In this document: piece after piece, positions 56,160 to 64,000 of the stretch | Layout: the number at the start of each line of letters is the position of its first letter | Position numbering within the stretch: position 1 is the first letter of the stretch | Virus record (IMG/VR): IMGVR_UViG_3300008107_000530 | Reading direction: 5' to 3' (one strand) | DNA: 64,000 nucleotides | Source: an uncultured virus (IMG/VR IMGVR_UViG_3300008107_000530) | Taxonomy: Duplodnaviria > Heunggongvirae > Uroviricota > Caudoviricetes | Notes under the pieces: generated by a model | Databases searched by the model: none | What the model was told of the DNA's origin: nothing | Seen by the model: only the letters and a program-made list of their open reading frames with translations | Translations under genes and position numbers: made by a program

Positions 56160-56348
56160 TTACGCCATTGGCCCACGGGCCATGAAGCCACGGGTGGCGG
56201 CACCAGCACCGCGCATCTTCACGCCGGAGGTCTTGGCCGGAGGAGCAACCTCCTTGGAGGAGTTGCCAATCACCATGCACAGGTCACGGGGGTTCTCAGC
56301 GCCTTGAGGATAGCTGGACTTGGCAGGAGCAAGTTTCTTGGTCTTCAT
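56160..56348 (-). CDS. small basic late protein
   Basis: KMRGAGAATRG..RGPMA C-terminus. Confidence 0.65.
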   Translation of the reverse strand: MKTKKLAPAKSSYPQGAENPRDLCMVIGNSSKEVAPPAKTSGVKMRGAGAATRGFMARGPMA

Positions 56349-56351
56349 GGC

Positions 56352-56510
56352 TCACCCCGTCTTCTGGTTCATGGCGCGGGACATATTCTTGCCCAGGCGC
56401 ATGCGGTCATCGGTGGTCGGGCCACCCTTTTTGAAGCCTTTGCCGTGAGCTTCACTGGCGGGCTTCTTGGCGTGGGCTCGGAGAGCCGCCATTGCATCTT
56501 TTTTCATCAT
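56352..56510 (-). CDS. small basic late protein
   Basis: 52 aa (MMKKDAM..FKKGGPT..LGKNMSRAMNQ); TAAGGAG RBS; below ORF-track cutoff. Confidence 0.65.
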   Translation of the reverse strand: MMKKDAMAALRAHAKKPASEAHGKGFKKGGPTTDDRMRLGKNMSRAMNQKTG

Positions 56511-56516
56511 CGCTCC

Positions 56517-56909
56517 TTAAGTCACGACCACCGTGACCGTACCGACTTCTGCTGGAGAAGTCAACCAATTGGGCGTCAGCCCGTCATCAAAAGACTGAGA
56601 ACCACCGACTGGTGCCCAGCCCCACTGGATTACTCTGCTGCCCTCGCCGGTAGACCCAGTTGCCGTTTGGCCCGAGGCGTACCAAGTGTTTGTGTCTGGA
56701 CGAGGATCGCGGATGGCCTGGGGGTCACTTACCGGGAAGGTCCCCAACAAAAGTTGTGGGTGATCCATTGACCAGCATTGAGGACACGCCTTTATTTGTG
56801 TCTGCTTTGTCTTTACAACTTCGTTTTTAAGTTTCTTCAGTGGAAACCTAAAATTACAATAATCGCAGAACCCGAAGGCCTTTGCGCCGTTTGCAAAACG
56901 ATTGCTCAT
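56517..56909 (-). CDS. Zn-binding late protein
   Basis: CDYC..CPQC..HPQL..DPRPD. Confidence 0.7.
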   Translation of the reverse strand: MSNRFANGAKAFGFCDYCNFRFPLKKLKNEVVKTKQTQIKACPQCWSMDHPQLLLGTFPVSDPQAIRDPRPDTNTWYASGQTATGSTGEGSRVIQWGWAPVGGSQSFDDGLTPNWLTSPAEVGTVTVVVT

Positions 56910-57601
56910 GAGATGAACATCTGGCGTGGGACCAGACGAATAGCTGCCTTCTCACGATCTTCCGTCGAAGCCAGATCCCAGGCTTCATCGTACTGCTGCT
57001 TCAGAACCTGCATGCGCTCCATAGCGCCAGGGATCTTCATGGACAGGTAGTACGCAAGCCCCGCAACCAGTGCGTTGAGGAAGCGGAACGGGATGTCCTG
57101 CGTGTACGTACCACCGGCCCCAGCATCCTGAATCCTGCGCAACCGCCAGTAGACGAGCGTGTAGGTCTGCGAGTTGTCGGGCGTGGGCCACACAGTGAAC
57201 TGCGGAGCAGGGCCTTGGCGGTTGATCCAGATCTGAATCGGCCTTGCTTGTTGCAGCTTGTTCGGGATGGACGAGTAGGTGGAGACCGAGATGCGCGTGA
57301 TGGTCAGGTCGGTCTGTGTTGAAACAGAACCGGAGCCCGTGCGGATCACATGCTCAAGCAAATCCACCGTGTCGGCAGGCAGCGTGTAGGTATTTGTACC
57401 GGGTGTCAGGACTTGTGAGCCTTGCTCCACCGTCCAGAGGTTAATCCCTCGGTTGGCCCAGTCTGTGAAGAGCAGGTTCATCGACCGCCGTGCGGTCTTC
57501 AGGTCATAACCCGTGCGAAGCTCTGCACCACAGCGCTCAAAGGCTTCCTCAACCGCTTCGTTGAGGTCAAGATTGAATGTAGTGATGCCGGAGGTTGTCA
57601 T
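56906..57601 (-). CDS. tail tubular/adaptor-like protein
   Basis: EEAFERCG..TARRSMNL..WANRGINLW, PFRFL..GLAYYL, EDRE. Confidence 0.7.
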   Translation of the reverse strand: MTTSGITTFNLDLNEAVEEAFERCGAELRTGYDLKTARRSMNLLFTDWANRGINLWTVEQGSQVLTPGTNTYTLPADTVDLLEHVIRTGSGSVSTQTDLTITRISVSTYSSIPNKLQQARPIQIWINRQGPAPQFTVWPTPDNSQTYTLVYWRLRRIQDAGAGGTYTQDIPFRFLNALVAGLAYYLSMKIPGAMERMQVLKQQYDEAWDLASTEDREKAAIRLVPRQMFIS

Positions 57602-57602
57602 A

Positions 57603-57833
57603 TCACTTCGCCGTCATTGCGGAACGCTTGAACGCTTTGGCAGTAGGAGCGCCGGGAGCACCCGGCTTGCGCATGGTTTCGCCCGATCCTGCGGCAATCC
57701 GTTTGCGCTTGGCATTGATGTTGGCGTAGAGGCCAACTTCGCCGCCCTTGGCGTACTCAGTGAAGTCAGTGTTATCACGGCGCTTCTTCACCACACCTTT
57801 ACGGATTGCCCCCATACCCCGTGAAGCCATCAT
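57603..57833 (-). CDS. small basic late protein
   Basis: SRGMGAI, YAKGG, GLYANINAKRKRI..MRKPG..GAPT. Confidence 0.7.
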   Translation of the reverse strand: MMASRGMGAIRKGVVKKRRDNTDFTEYAKGGEVGLYANINAKRKRIAAGSGETMRKPGAPGAPTAKAFKRSAMTAK

Positions 57834-58597
57834 ACAAACCTACCTTTGGTTTTACCCCGAGATTCGCATCCACCGCCACGGACTGATCCACCCGAAGCAT
57901 AGCCAATCCGACCACCCTTAGCGCGGAGTTCGTAGTCAGGTTCACGATCCTCCCGTGTACGGTCACGAGGGGAAGCCTTCTTGGGGGTAGCCTGTAGGAC
58001 GGGCTTGTTACGCTCCATCGTCTCTGCACGAGCTTTGGCGGTCCTACCCGCTTCTGCGCGTTTGGCTTGAAGTTGTTTACGCCCAACTGCTCCACGCATC
58101 GTGGACTCGGCGGCTTCCATCTCGGCCTTGGGGCTGAACCTACGCCCAGTTTCCGTGGTGACCTGCTTCGCCGTTTGTGGGGAGGAAAATTTAGCCGCTG
58201 CGGCCTTCGCAGTTTCTTTCGCGGCTTCTGCGGCCTTCTCGGCTCGGCTCAACCGTGCAAGTTTTGCTGCGCCTGCAATCCCCGCGCCCGCGCCCAACCC
58301 CATGAAAATGCGGTCCATGTTGCTGGGGCCAGAAGTATCTTCACCCGTGCTCGCGGGGGCGGCTTCCTTACCCTTGGGGATCTCTGCGCTTGCCGCTTTT
58401 GGTGCGGGGGCGGGAGCAGATGCTTTGGGCTTTGGTTTCGCCGGTGCAGCCGCCTTGGGGGCGTCACTTCCCCCACGCTCTAGAAACTTTTTCGCCCGAG
58501 CGTAGGTATCTTCGTCAAAGCTACCCTTTTCACGCCCAGAAGCGAGTTCGTCTAGGGCAGCCGTGCCGCCTTCAGAGAATTTGCGGTACTTGCGCAT
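57830..58597 (-). CDS. Ala/Lys-rich late protein
   Basis: FSEGG near N-terminus; YASGGSVRGGGCESRGKTKG C-terminus. Confidence 0.65.
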   Translation of the reverse strand: MRKYRKFSEGGTAALDELASGREKGSFDEDTYARAKKFLERGGSDAPKAAAPAKPKPKASAPAPAPKAASAEIPKGKEAAPASTGEDTSGPSNMDRIFMGLGAGAGIAGAAKLARLSRAEKAAEAAKETAKAAAAKFSSPQTAKQVTTETGRRFSPKAEMEAAESTMRGAVGRKQLQAKRAEAGRTAKARAETMERNKPVLQATPKKASPRDRTREDREPDYELRAKGGRIGYASGGSVRGGGCESRGKTKGRFV

Positions 58598-58598
58598 A

Positions 58599-58832
58599 TC
58601 ACATCACCCGTCCTTTGGTATGGCCCTTGGTTACACAGCCGTCACCACGAGTTACAGACCCACCACCTGCCATCTTCTTTACCGGAACCTTGGCAGGCTT
58701 CGGGGGCGGGTAGTCTTTCTTGGTCTGAGCCGCTGCCTTCTTTTCCCCAGAAGCGCGTTGCGCCGGAGGAAGTGCGGACAACTGGTCGATGTCCACCGGA
58801 GGCGGACCCATCTCTTTACGGTATTCAGCCAC
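58599..58832 (-). CDS. small late protein
   Basis: GTG start behind GGAGG; MAGGGSVTRGDGCVTKGHTKG C-terminus. Confidence 0.6.
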   Translation of the reverse strand: MAEYRKEMGPPPVDIDQLSALPPAQRASGEKKAAAQTKKDYPPPKPAKVPVKKMAGGGSVTRGDGCVTKGHTKGRVM

Positions 58833-59145
58833 AGGAACCTCCACGCATCATTTTGACCATCTTGCCCTTGGTCTTGCCACGAGACTCGATGCCACCGCCC
58901 TTGGCGTAGCCCTTACCCTTGGCTTCCTTCATTTCTTCAGCAGCCATCTTGGGCTTACCGGCCTTCTTCAGGGCGGCAGCGTGGCGCATTTCCATTGCCT
59001 TCTTGGCTGGGGACATCTTCATTTCGCCTCCTTCGGCATGGGCTTTAGGCCCGACAAACTTCTTCGCTACGCTCGGCGGGACATCCGTCTTGCCAGCGAG
59101 AGACGCATACATGAACCGGCGCTGCTTCTCAGATTGAACCGGCAC
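58825..59145 (-). CDS. small basic late protein
   Basis: MPVQSEKQRRFM start (GTG behind GGAG); YAKGGGIESRGKTKG. Confidence 0.65.
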   Translation of the reverse strand: MPVQSEKQRRFMYASLAGKTDVPPSVAKKFVGPKAHAEGGEMKMSPAKKAMEMRHAAALKKAGKPKMAAEEMKEAKGKGYAKGGGIESRGKTKGKMVKMMRGGSCG

Positions 59146-59380
59146 TTTGCTTACTCCGCAGAGTATCCAGCTTGGCTTCGATCCTGTCAAAGCGCTCCAG
59201 CAACTCTTTCATATCAGCCCGGAACTCGGACCGAGTGATGTGATCACGAGCAATCTCTTCCCTCGTGCGGTTGAGCAGGATGGACAACCTATCAAGCTCC
59301 TTGAACTTGGCCGACATGAAGAACGCCACTGCACCAATCAGGATGGTCAGGACGAGGTTCCAGAGTATTGTCGCTTCCAT
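59129..59380 (-). CDS. membrane-anchored coiled-coil protein
   Basis: N-terminal TM helix, ILLNRTREE, FDRIEAKLD. Confidence 0.65.
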   Translation of the reverse strand: MEATILWNLVLTILIGAVAFFMSAKFKELDRLSILLNRTREEIARDHITRSEFRADMKELLERFDRIEAKLDTLRSKQSAGSI

Positions 59381-59383
59381 GAG

Positions 59384-59623
59384 TCAGCACTTCCATGCAC
59401 GCCGCGCTTTCCTCAGGCGGCTATCAGGATCTTTGGCCGCTTCCGGCCACATCTTCATCTGCCCCGCAGAACGGGCGCAGAACGACTTCTTGCGAGGACC
59501 GCCCTCGGGCTGAGGAGGCTTCAGATTCATACCCTGGGCTTTGGCAGATGCCCGCCCCTTGGCGTTTAGACCGCCCTTGGGGTTCTGCCCCTCCTTGCGG
59601 GTCCAAGCGGGAGACTTAGCCAT
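59384..59623 (-). CDS. conserved small basic phage protein
   Basis: AW.RKEG.NPKGGLN.KGRAS..RKKSFCAR..DPDSR..W.C. Confidence 0.75.
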   Translation of the reverse strand: MAKSPAWTRKEGQNPKGGLNAKGRASAKAQGMNLKPPQPEGGPRKKSFCARSAGQMKMWPEAAKDPDSRLRKARRAWKC

Positions 59624-59624
59624 T

Positions 59625-59906
59625 TCAGCACCACACCCTTCTCGGCACTGCAGGGCCGGGGTCCACGATGTATGCGTCCAACTCAGGCGCTTCAGGGGTC
59701 CGCACGTTCACATACCAGCCGTCCAGCGGCACGGGGTCATACGGCTCAGGCAGCGGCTCAGGCGGGCGCTCGTACAAGGTTCCCAGCGTGTCGATGGCGT
59801 AGTAGTTGGGCGTGAGAGTGACCTGACCCTCGTCGTCCTCGGTGGAGGTGTAGAGGATGGCCGTGGCCTCAGCCTCATCAGCAAAGCGCAGCATGTAGTC
59901 TGTCAT
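59625..59906 (-). CDS. small acidic fibre-associated protein
   Basis: DYMLRFADE..GWYVNVR..P..P.RVW; follows fibre gene. Confidence 0.65.
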   Translation of the reverse strand: MTDYMLRFADEAEATAILYTSTEDDEGQVTLTPNYYAIDTLGTLYERPPEPLPEPYDPVPLDGWYVNVRTPEAPELDAYIVDPGPAVPRRVWC

Positions 59907-62900
59907 GTGGTCGTCAATGCCTGTAGGGTTGAGTTAGGAAGACGGGTGTTGTAGTAGCCGATGCGGCGGATGGTGCCGTTTAAATTGCTAGAACCATTGA
60001 AAGCACTACCAATGTTTAGTTTGTTAACTGGAGGTATTGCTCCAGATGTATCAGTGGCTGGTGTCGCTCCATTTAGTGATGCAGCAAAATCATTTTGCTT
60101 GTATGCCGCTGCAATCTTTGTCAAAGACGTTGGAGAGCCACTAGATGAAAGTTGGGCTTGAGGAACACCCCCAACGTACACCCATTCTGTGTAAATAGTA
60201 GATGGTCCAGCGAAACTTTGGATTACGTTTGCCGACGTTCCATCACTCAATTCGTAATACCTGTTTGTAGTGGTTCCTGCATATGCAGTCGCCTCAGCAC
60301 TCAACGTCCCCTGATTCGGGTTATACCAAGCGTAGAAGTTGTCCCCCAGCATGCTTGCCGAGTCAGCGTTTCGCGTGACCTGAGAGGCTACAGTGGGGAT
60401 GTAGCTGGTGGCGAAGGAGCCGGCTTCTAGTTGAGCGCCCCAGATGAAGATGCCAGAAGTGCCGTTGCCAGTTGTTGCTACCGTGTCTACAGGCAATATG
60501 CCGGACCTAATCGAAGTATCAGTGTCAGATGTAACAATAAAAATGCAGCGATACCAACCGTTGCCAACAGACTCAATTGATGCCGTTGCTCCAGAAAAAC
60601 CGCTCCCAAATGTTGTAAGTGAACTATAGGTGCCTGTAGCAAGGTTAAACGTGCATCTTCCGCCATTACTTCCGGCCCCGTTTGCCATGAACAGCATGAC
60701 GCTGTTGAACTCGGCGGCTTTGGCAAAGACACTTTCGGTGTACGTTATTGAAGTTGCGGCTTTTGAAGGTTGTTGACGCACCCCCGCGCCCGTTAATGCT
60801 CCAAGTTGAACCCCATTTGCAATGATAATTTTGTCCGCAGTTGTTGCCCCGTCTGGTGCAATCGCGGAATTGGTATTGAATGATGCAGAGGTATTAATCC
60901 AAGCCGCATTACTGAAATCTTCGCTATACGTCACCAAGTTCGTCCGCTGCTCCTCAATCAGCAAGCCCTTTGCAGTGGCGGTGTAACCGGTGACTTCTTT
61001 GACGGAGATGTTGGAGACAACCGCAGTCGTTGTTGAAAGACGAGCACGAACACCAATAGCCCCAGTTCCAGTTGCGTAGACCAACTGTCGGTACACACCG
61101 TTTCCGGTTGCTACAAGTCCGATTGAGTTACCGGCATTTGTAAAACTTACTCCGCCAGCCCCTGAATACCCCGATACAGTAAACTCAGCGATATACCCGA
61201 CACCGACAACTACAGTTCCTGTATTAGCTGCCGCATCTGTAGCAGGAGATGCAGAAAAAGTTACTACTCCACCGCTTTGACTCACGCCTGTGCCCGACAC
61301 CGACCAAGATGAGGTAATAAGCTCACTCCCCAACACCGGAAGCCCGGTCGGGTCATAGTCGAACCTCGGGCCGTAGTACGCCGTACTCGCCGCCGCTGCC
61401 TGTGGGTTGTAAACGTAAGGGTCTACGCTGGCAGAGTTGGAAAGCTGGAAGTCACTGACGTAGATGCCACTGGTGCCGTCGCCGGTGTAGCTGGTGCCTG
61501 TGGTTGCGTTGTCGTTAATGCCAATATAAGCCGTAGAAGACGTAACAATCGTCACAGTGTTGCCCACACGGCAGCGATACCAGCCATTGCCGACACTTTC
61601 GATTGAAAAGATCAACCCACCATTGCTGGAATAGGTCTGTGCCCCTGTCTCAAGGTCAAAAATAACGTAGCCTGAACTGCCGCCCCAAGCGCCGGGAAAG
61701 CCAACACGCACATACCTTTTTTCGCCTTGTTTGGCGTAGACCGAGAGCGTGTAAGGCGTGTTCGCGGTAGGCGTGAAAGTCGGGGTGCGAATCTCATGTT
61801 GTGTGCTGGTCGCCGTATCCTCAACCAGCTTCCTACCCGTCAGCGTACCGTCCCAGTTCACATACCGCGTCGGTGCCGCTGCACTGGTGGTCTGCGTGTA
61901 GTCTCCTGCGGTGCTGCCTTGGACGAGTTGAGCGCCCCAGATGAACAGACCGTCTGTGCCGTTGCCTGTAAAACTCTCTCCGCGCACCGCCGTCGAGCTA
62001 GTGACTACCCCAATCCGAATGGCCGTAGAACCTGCGGCAAATGTCTTTGTCCCTGTGCAGCGATACCACCCGTTGCCCACAGATGTAATCGCGCCCGTAT
62101 AACCCAATGAAGAACCTACCTGCTCCGTCAAGAGATTGAAATTAACAAAGTCTGTCGTGAGGCCATCGAAAATCTGCACTGCACTGTATTCGCCAGCTTT
62201 TGCGTAGAAACTAAACGAGTGCGCTAAGTTCGGAAAAACATATGTCTGCTGCGCCGCGTGAAACCCAGCAACAGCGTTTGGAATAAATTTGTCTGCCGTT
62301 AAAGTGCCATCAGGCGCAACAATCGTATTTGCGCTAACCGTTATCCCACCGTCAATGGTCTTCACCCAAGCCGCATTATCAAAATCCTGACTCCATGTCA
62401 GCAAGTTCTGCTGCACATACGAGTTGCTCTTGGTCCACGCTGCGTTCTCAGGCTCCTGAGTGAAGCCAAGCAGGTTCTTGGGCGTGGTGGGGTTGTACGC
62501 CGGGGGCAGGTAAATGCTGCTCGTCGTGGCTACGTAGGGCAGGGCTACAGAGCCGGTGTTGAGTTGAGCGCCCCAGATGTAAACAGAAGTGACTGCCGCA
62601 AATGTCGGGTTTCTTGTAGCCGTACCTGAATCCACAGGAACCACAATAAACGTGGCACTTGAGCTTGTAAGCACCGTAGTCATCACTGCTACACAGCGAT
62701 ACCAGCCGTTGCCTACGCTAGTGATTGTTGCCGTTGCGGAACTACCAACAGCCGACACAACACCAGTTTGCAAATTGAAGTTTGCGTAATGGTTTGCGCT
62801 CCCTGCCGTCAAGTTTGTGGTGATCTGCAAAAAGTTGGTAGCCCCTGCTTTTGCATAGACACTGAACGCATACGTGGTGGTGGCAGCTAACGTAGGTGAA

Positions 62901-63733
62901 GCAGAAACAATGTGTTGGTTTGATAGTCCATCAGAAGTTAACGTATCCGCAGTAGTTGTGCCGTCTGGAGCTACTACGGAATTTGCCGCCACCGTTGCGG
63001 CGGATGGCGTCCAAGCCGCATTCGTGAAATCCTCACTCCATGTCAGCAGATTGACCGGAGCGTTGGCGATGTTGAGTTGGGCTCCCCAGAGGAAGAGACC
63101 GCTGGTTCCGTTGCCGATGTAGTTTATTGTGCTCCCGGTTGAAACCAAACCCACTTGCACTCCGCCAGAGGCGGTCGATGCCGCCAAAACGGTTAGAGAG
63201 ACTCGGTAAAAGCCATTACCGGCGGGCGTAACTGAAACAGTGACAGAACCCGTTGAGGATACAACTTCCCCGGTACTAAAGTCTACATTAGCAGTAAAAG
63301 CAGTCAGCGTAGCGTTTGAACGCTCAAACCAAAGTCTTGTACGTTCTGCGGCTTTAACGTAAGCAGAAAAAGTATAAGAAACGCCAGAAGTTAAACTAGC
63401 GTTTTGGGCAGTTACATGCACGCCCGTTGATGTGTCTTCTACGAGTTTGTCTGCCGTAGTTGCTCCATCTGGTGCCACCGTAGCATTTGCGGTTACTGTA
63501 GCCCCGACTTTAATCCAAGCCGCAGCCTCAAAGTCCTCCGAGTTCGTCAGCAGGTTGTGCGGCGCATAGGCCACCCGTCCGTTACTGTCCGTCAGCGTGG
63601 CGTTGGTGCCTCGGGAGAAGGTGACCGTGGAAGGCAGGAGTCCCGTACCTACGAAATCAAGGTACAGCGATGGGCTCAGCCCACCGCCAGAGGTCAACCT
63701 GCGCGGAAACCCAAACCCGAAGCCAAACGACAT
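59903..63733 (-). CDS. multi-module fibre/spike protein
   Basis: LYLDF..TFSR..AT N-terminus; repeated NLL..SEDF..AAW/APDG/GNGWYRC/WGAQL modules; PRFDYDP..GLLIEEQRTN; TSYIPT..VTR.AD. Confidence 0.75.
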   Translation of the reverse strand: MSFGFGFGFPRRLTSGGGLSPSLYLDFVGTGLLPSTVTFSRGTNATLTDSNGRVAYAPHNLLTNSEDFEAAAWIKVGATVTANATVAPDGATTADKLVEDTSTGVHVTAQNASLTSGVSYTFSAYVKAAERTRLWFERSNATLTAFTANVDFSTGEVVSSTGSVTVSVTPAGNGFYRVSLTVLAASTASGGVQVGLVSTGSTINYIGNGTSGLFLWGAQLNIANAPVNLLTWSEDFTNAAWTPSAATVAANSVVAPDGTTTADTLTSDGLSNQHIVSASPTLAATTTYAFSVYAKAGATNFLQITTNLTAGSANHYANFNLQTGVVSAVGSSATATITSVGNGWYRCVAVMTTVLTSSSATFIVVPVDSGTATRNPTFAAVTSVYIWGAQLNTGSVALPYVATTSSIYLPPAYNPTTPKNLLGFTQEPENAAWTKSNSYVQQNLLTWSQDFDNAAWVKTIDGGITVSANTIVAPDGTLTADKFIPNAVAGFHAAQQTYVFPNLAHSFSFYAKAGEYSAVQIFDGLTTDFVNFNLLTEQVGSSLGYTGAITSVGNGWYRCTGTKTFAAGSTAIRIGVVTSSTAVRGESFTGNGTDGLFIWGAQLVQGSTAGDYTQTTSAAAPTRYVNWDGTLTGRKLVEDTATSTQHEIRTPTFTPTANTPYTLSVYAKQGEKRYVRVGFPGAWGGSSGYVIFDLETGAQTYSSNGGLIFSIESVGNGWYRCRVGNTVTIVTSSTAYIGINDNATTGTSYTGDGTSGIYVSDFQLSNSASVDPYVYNPQAAAASTAYYGPRFDYDPTGLPVLGSELITSSWSVSGTGVSQSGGVVTFSASPATDAAANTGTVVVGVGYIAEFTVSGYSGAGGVSFTNAGNSIGLVATGNGVYRQLVYATGTGAIGVRARLSTTTAVVSNISVKEVTGYTATAKGLLIEEQRTNLVTYSEDFSNAAWINTSASFNTNSAIAPDGATTADKIIIANGVQLGALTGAGVRQQPSKAATSITYTESVFAKAAEFNSVMLFMANGAGSNGGRCTFNLATGTYSSLTTFGSGFSGATASIESVGNGWYRCIFIVTSDTDTSIRSGILPVDTVATTGNGTSGIFIWGAQLEAGSFATSYIPTVASQVTRNADSASMLGDNFYAWYNPNQGTLSAEATAYAGTTTNRYYELSDGTSANVIQSFAGPSTIYTEWVYVGGVPQAQLSSSGSPTSLTKIAAAYKQNDFAASLNGATPATDTSGAIPPVNKLNIGSAFNGSSNLNGTIRRIGYYNTRLPNSTLQALTTT

Positions 63734-63987
63734 CAGAACACCCTGGTCATCGACGTAGCGGTCGTGTTCGTTGCGAACACCTTGATCACCTGCACCGGGA
63801 GAACACTGCCACCCAGCACACTGGTGAACGTCACATCACTGCCCTGAGCAGTCAACACACGCACGTTCCCCGCACCGCCCACGTAGATCACGCTGGGGGT
63901 AGAGAAGTTAACGGTGTCGCTCGTGGTCACAGCAGCCGCGTCCCCAGGGTACATGGGAAACGTCGGAGAGTAATTGGTTTTTGCCAT
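63733..63987 (-). CDS. small virion structural protein
   Basis: AAAVT.SD..IYVGGAGNV.V..G..VTF..G.VLPVQV.KV..T.TTA motif. Confidence 0.7.
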   Translation of the reverse strand: MAKTNYSPTFPMYPGDAAAVTTSDTVNFSTPSVIYVGGAGNVRVLTAQGSDVTFTSVLGGSVLPVQVIKVFATNTTATSMTRVF

Positions 63988-64000
63988 GCGGCCCCCAAAA

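Noticed and set aside
59903..63733. Diversity-generating retroelement target
   Set aside because: Repeats are diverged protein modules, not adenine-specific TR/VR pairs; no reverse transcriptase in the window

Overview
Near-complete ~64 kb genome of a tailed dsDNA bacteriophage (podovirus-like gene set, probably a proteobacterial host), apparently opened inside its late operon. The + strand early/replication arm (10.4-34.0 kb) has near-consensus sigma70 promoters, a DUF3150-like/AAA+/vWA-metallopeptidase triad, many small ORFs, DUF3310, a GT60-like glycosyltransferase, a family A DNA polymerase, PD-(D/E)XK and HNH nucleases, a SNF2 helicase, an SSB-like protein and a primase-DUF927 protein. 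The - strand late arm (10.0 kb to 1, continuing 64.0 to 34.05 kb) has terminases, portal, GroES, scaffold, major capsid, a Hef-like endonuclease, fibre proteins, adaptors, lysis genes and large internal virion proteins. I saw no integrase, RNA polymerase, tRNA or CRISPR array. The main candidate new system is translational: early-arm genes share a GGAGAA/GAGAAAG-type ribosome-binding site that late genes almost never use, and two intergenic structured RNAs (~33988-34054 and ~27509-27661) expose the complementary sequence. Pairing reaches 16 perfect bp with one early RBS and 15 bp with the DNA polymerase RBS, which suggests a phage-encoded anti-Shine-Dalgarno switch. A second candidate is the mucin-type (GT60-like) glycosyltransferase occurring together with mucin-like Pro/Thr-repeat virion proteins. 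Product calls come from motif recognition only; no searches were run. There are two N gaps (25644-25667, 44646-44662).
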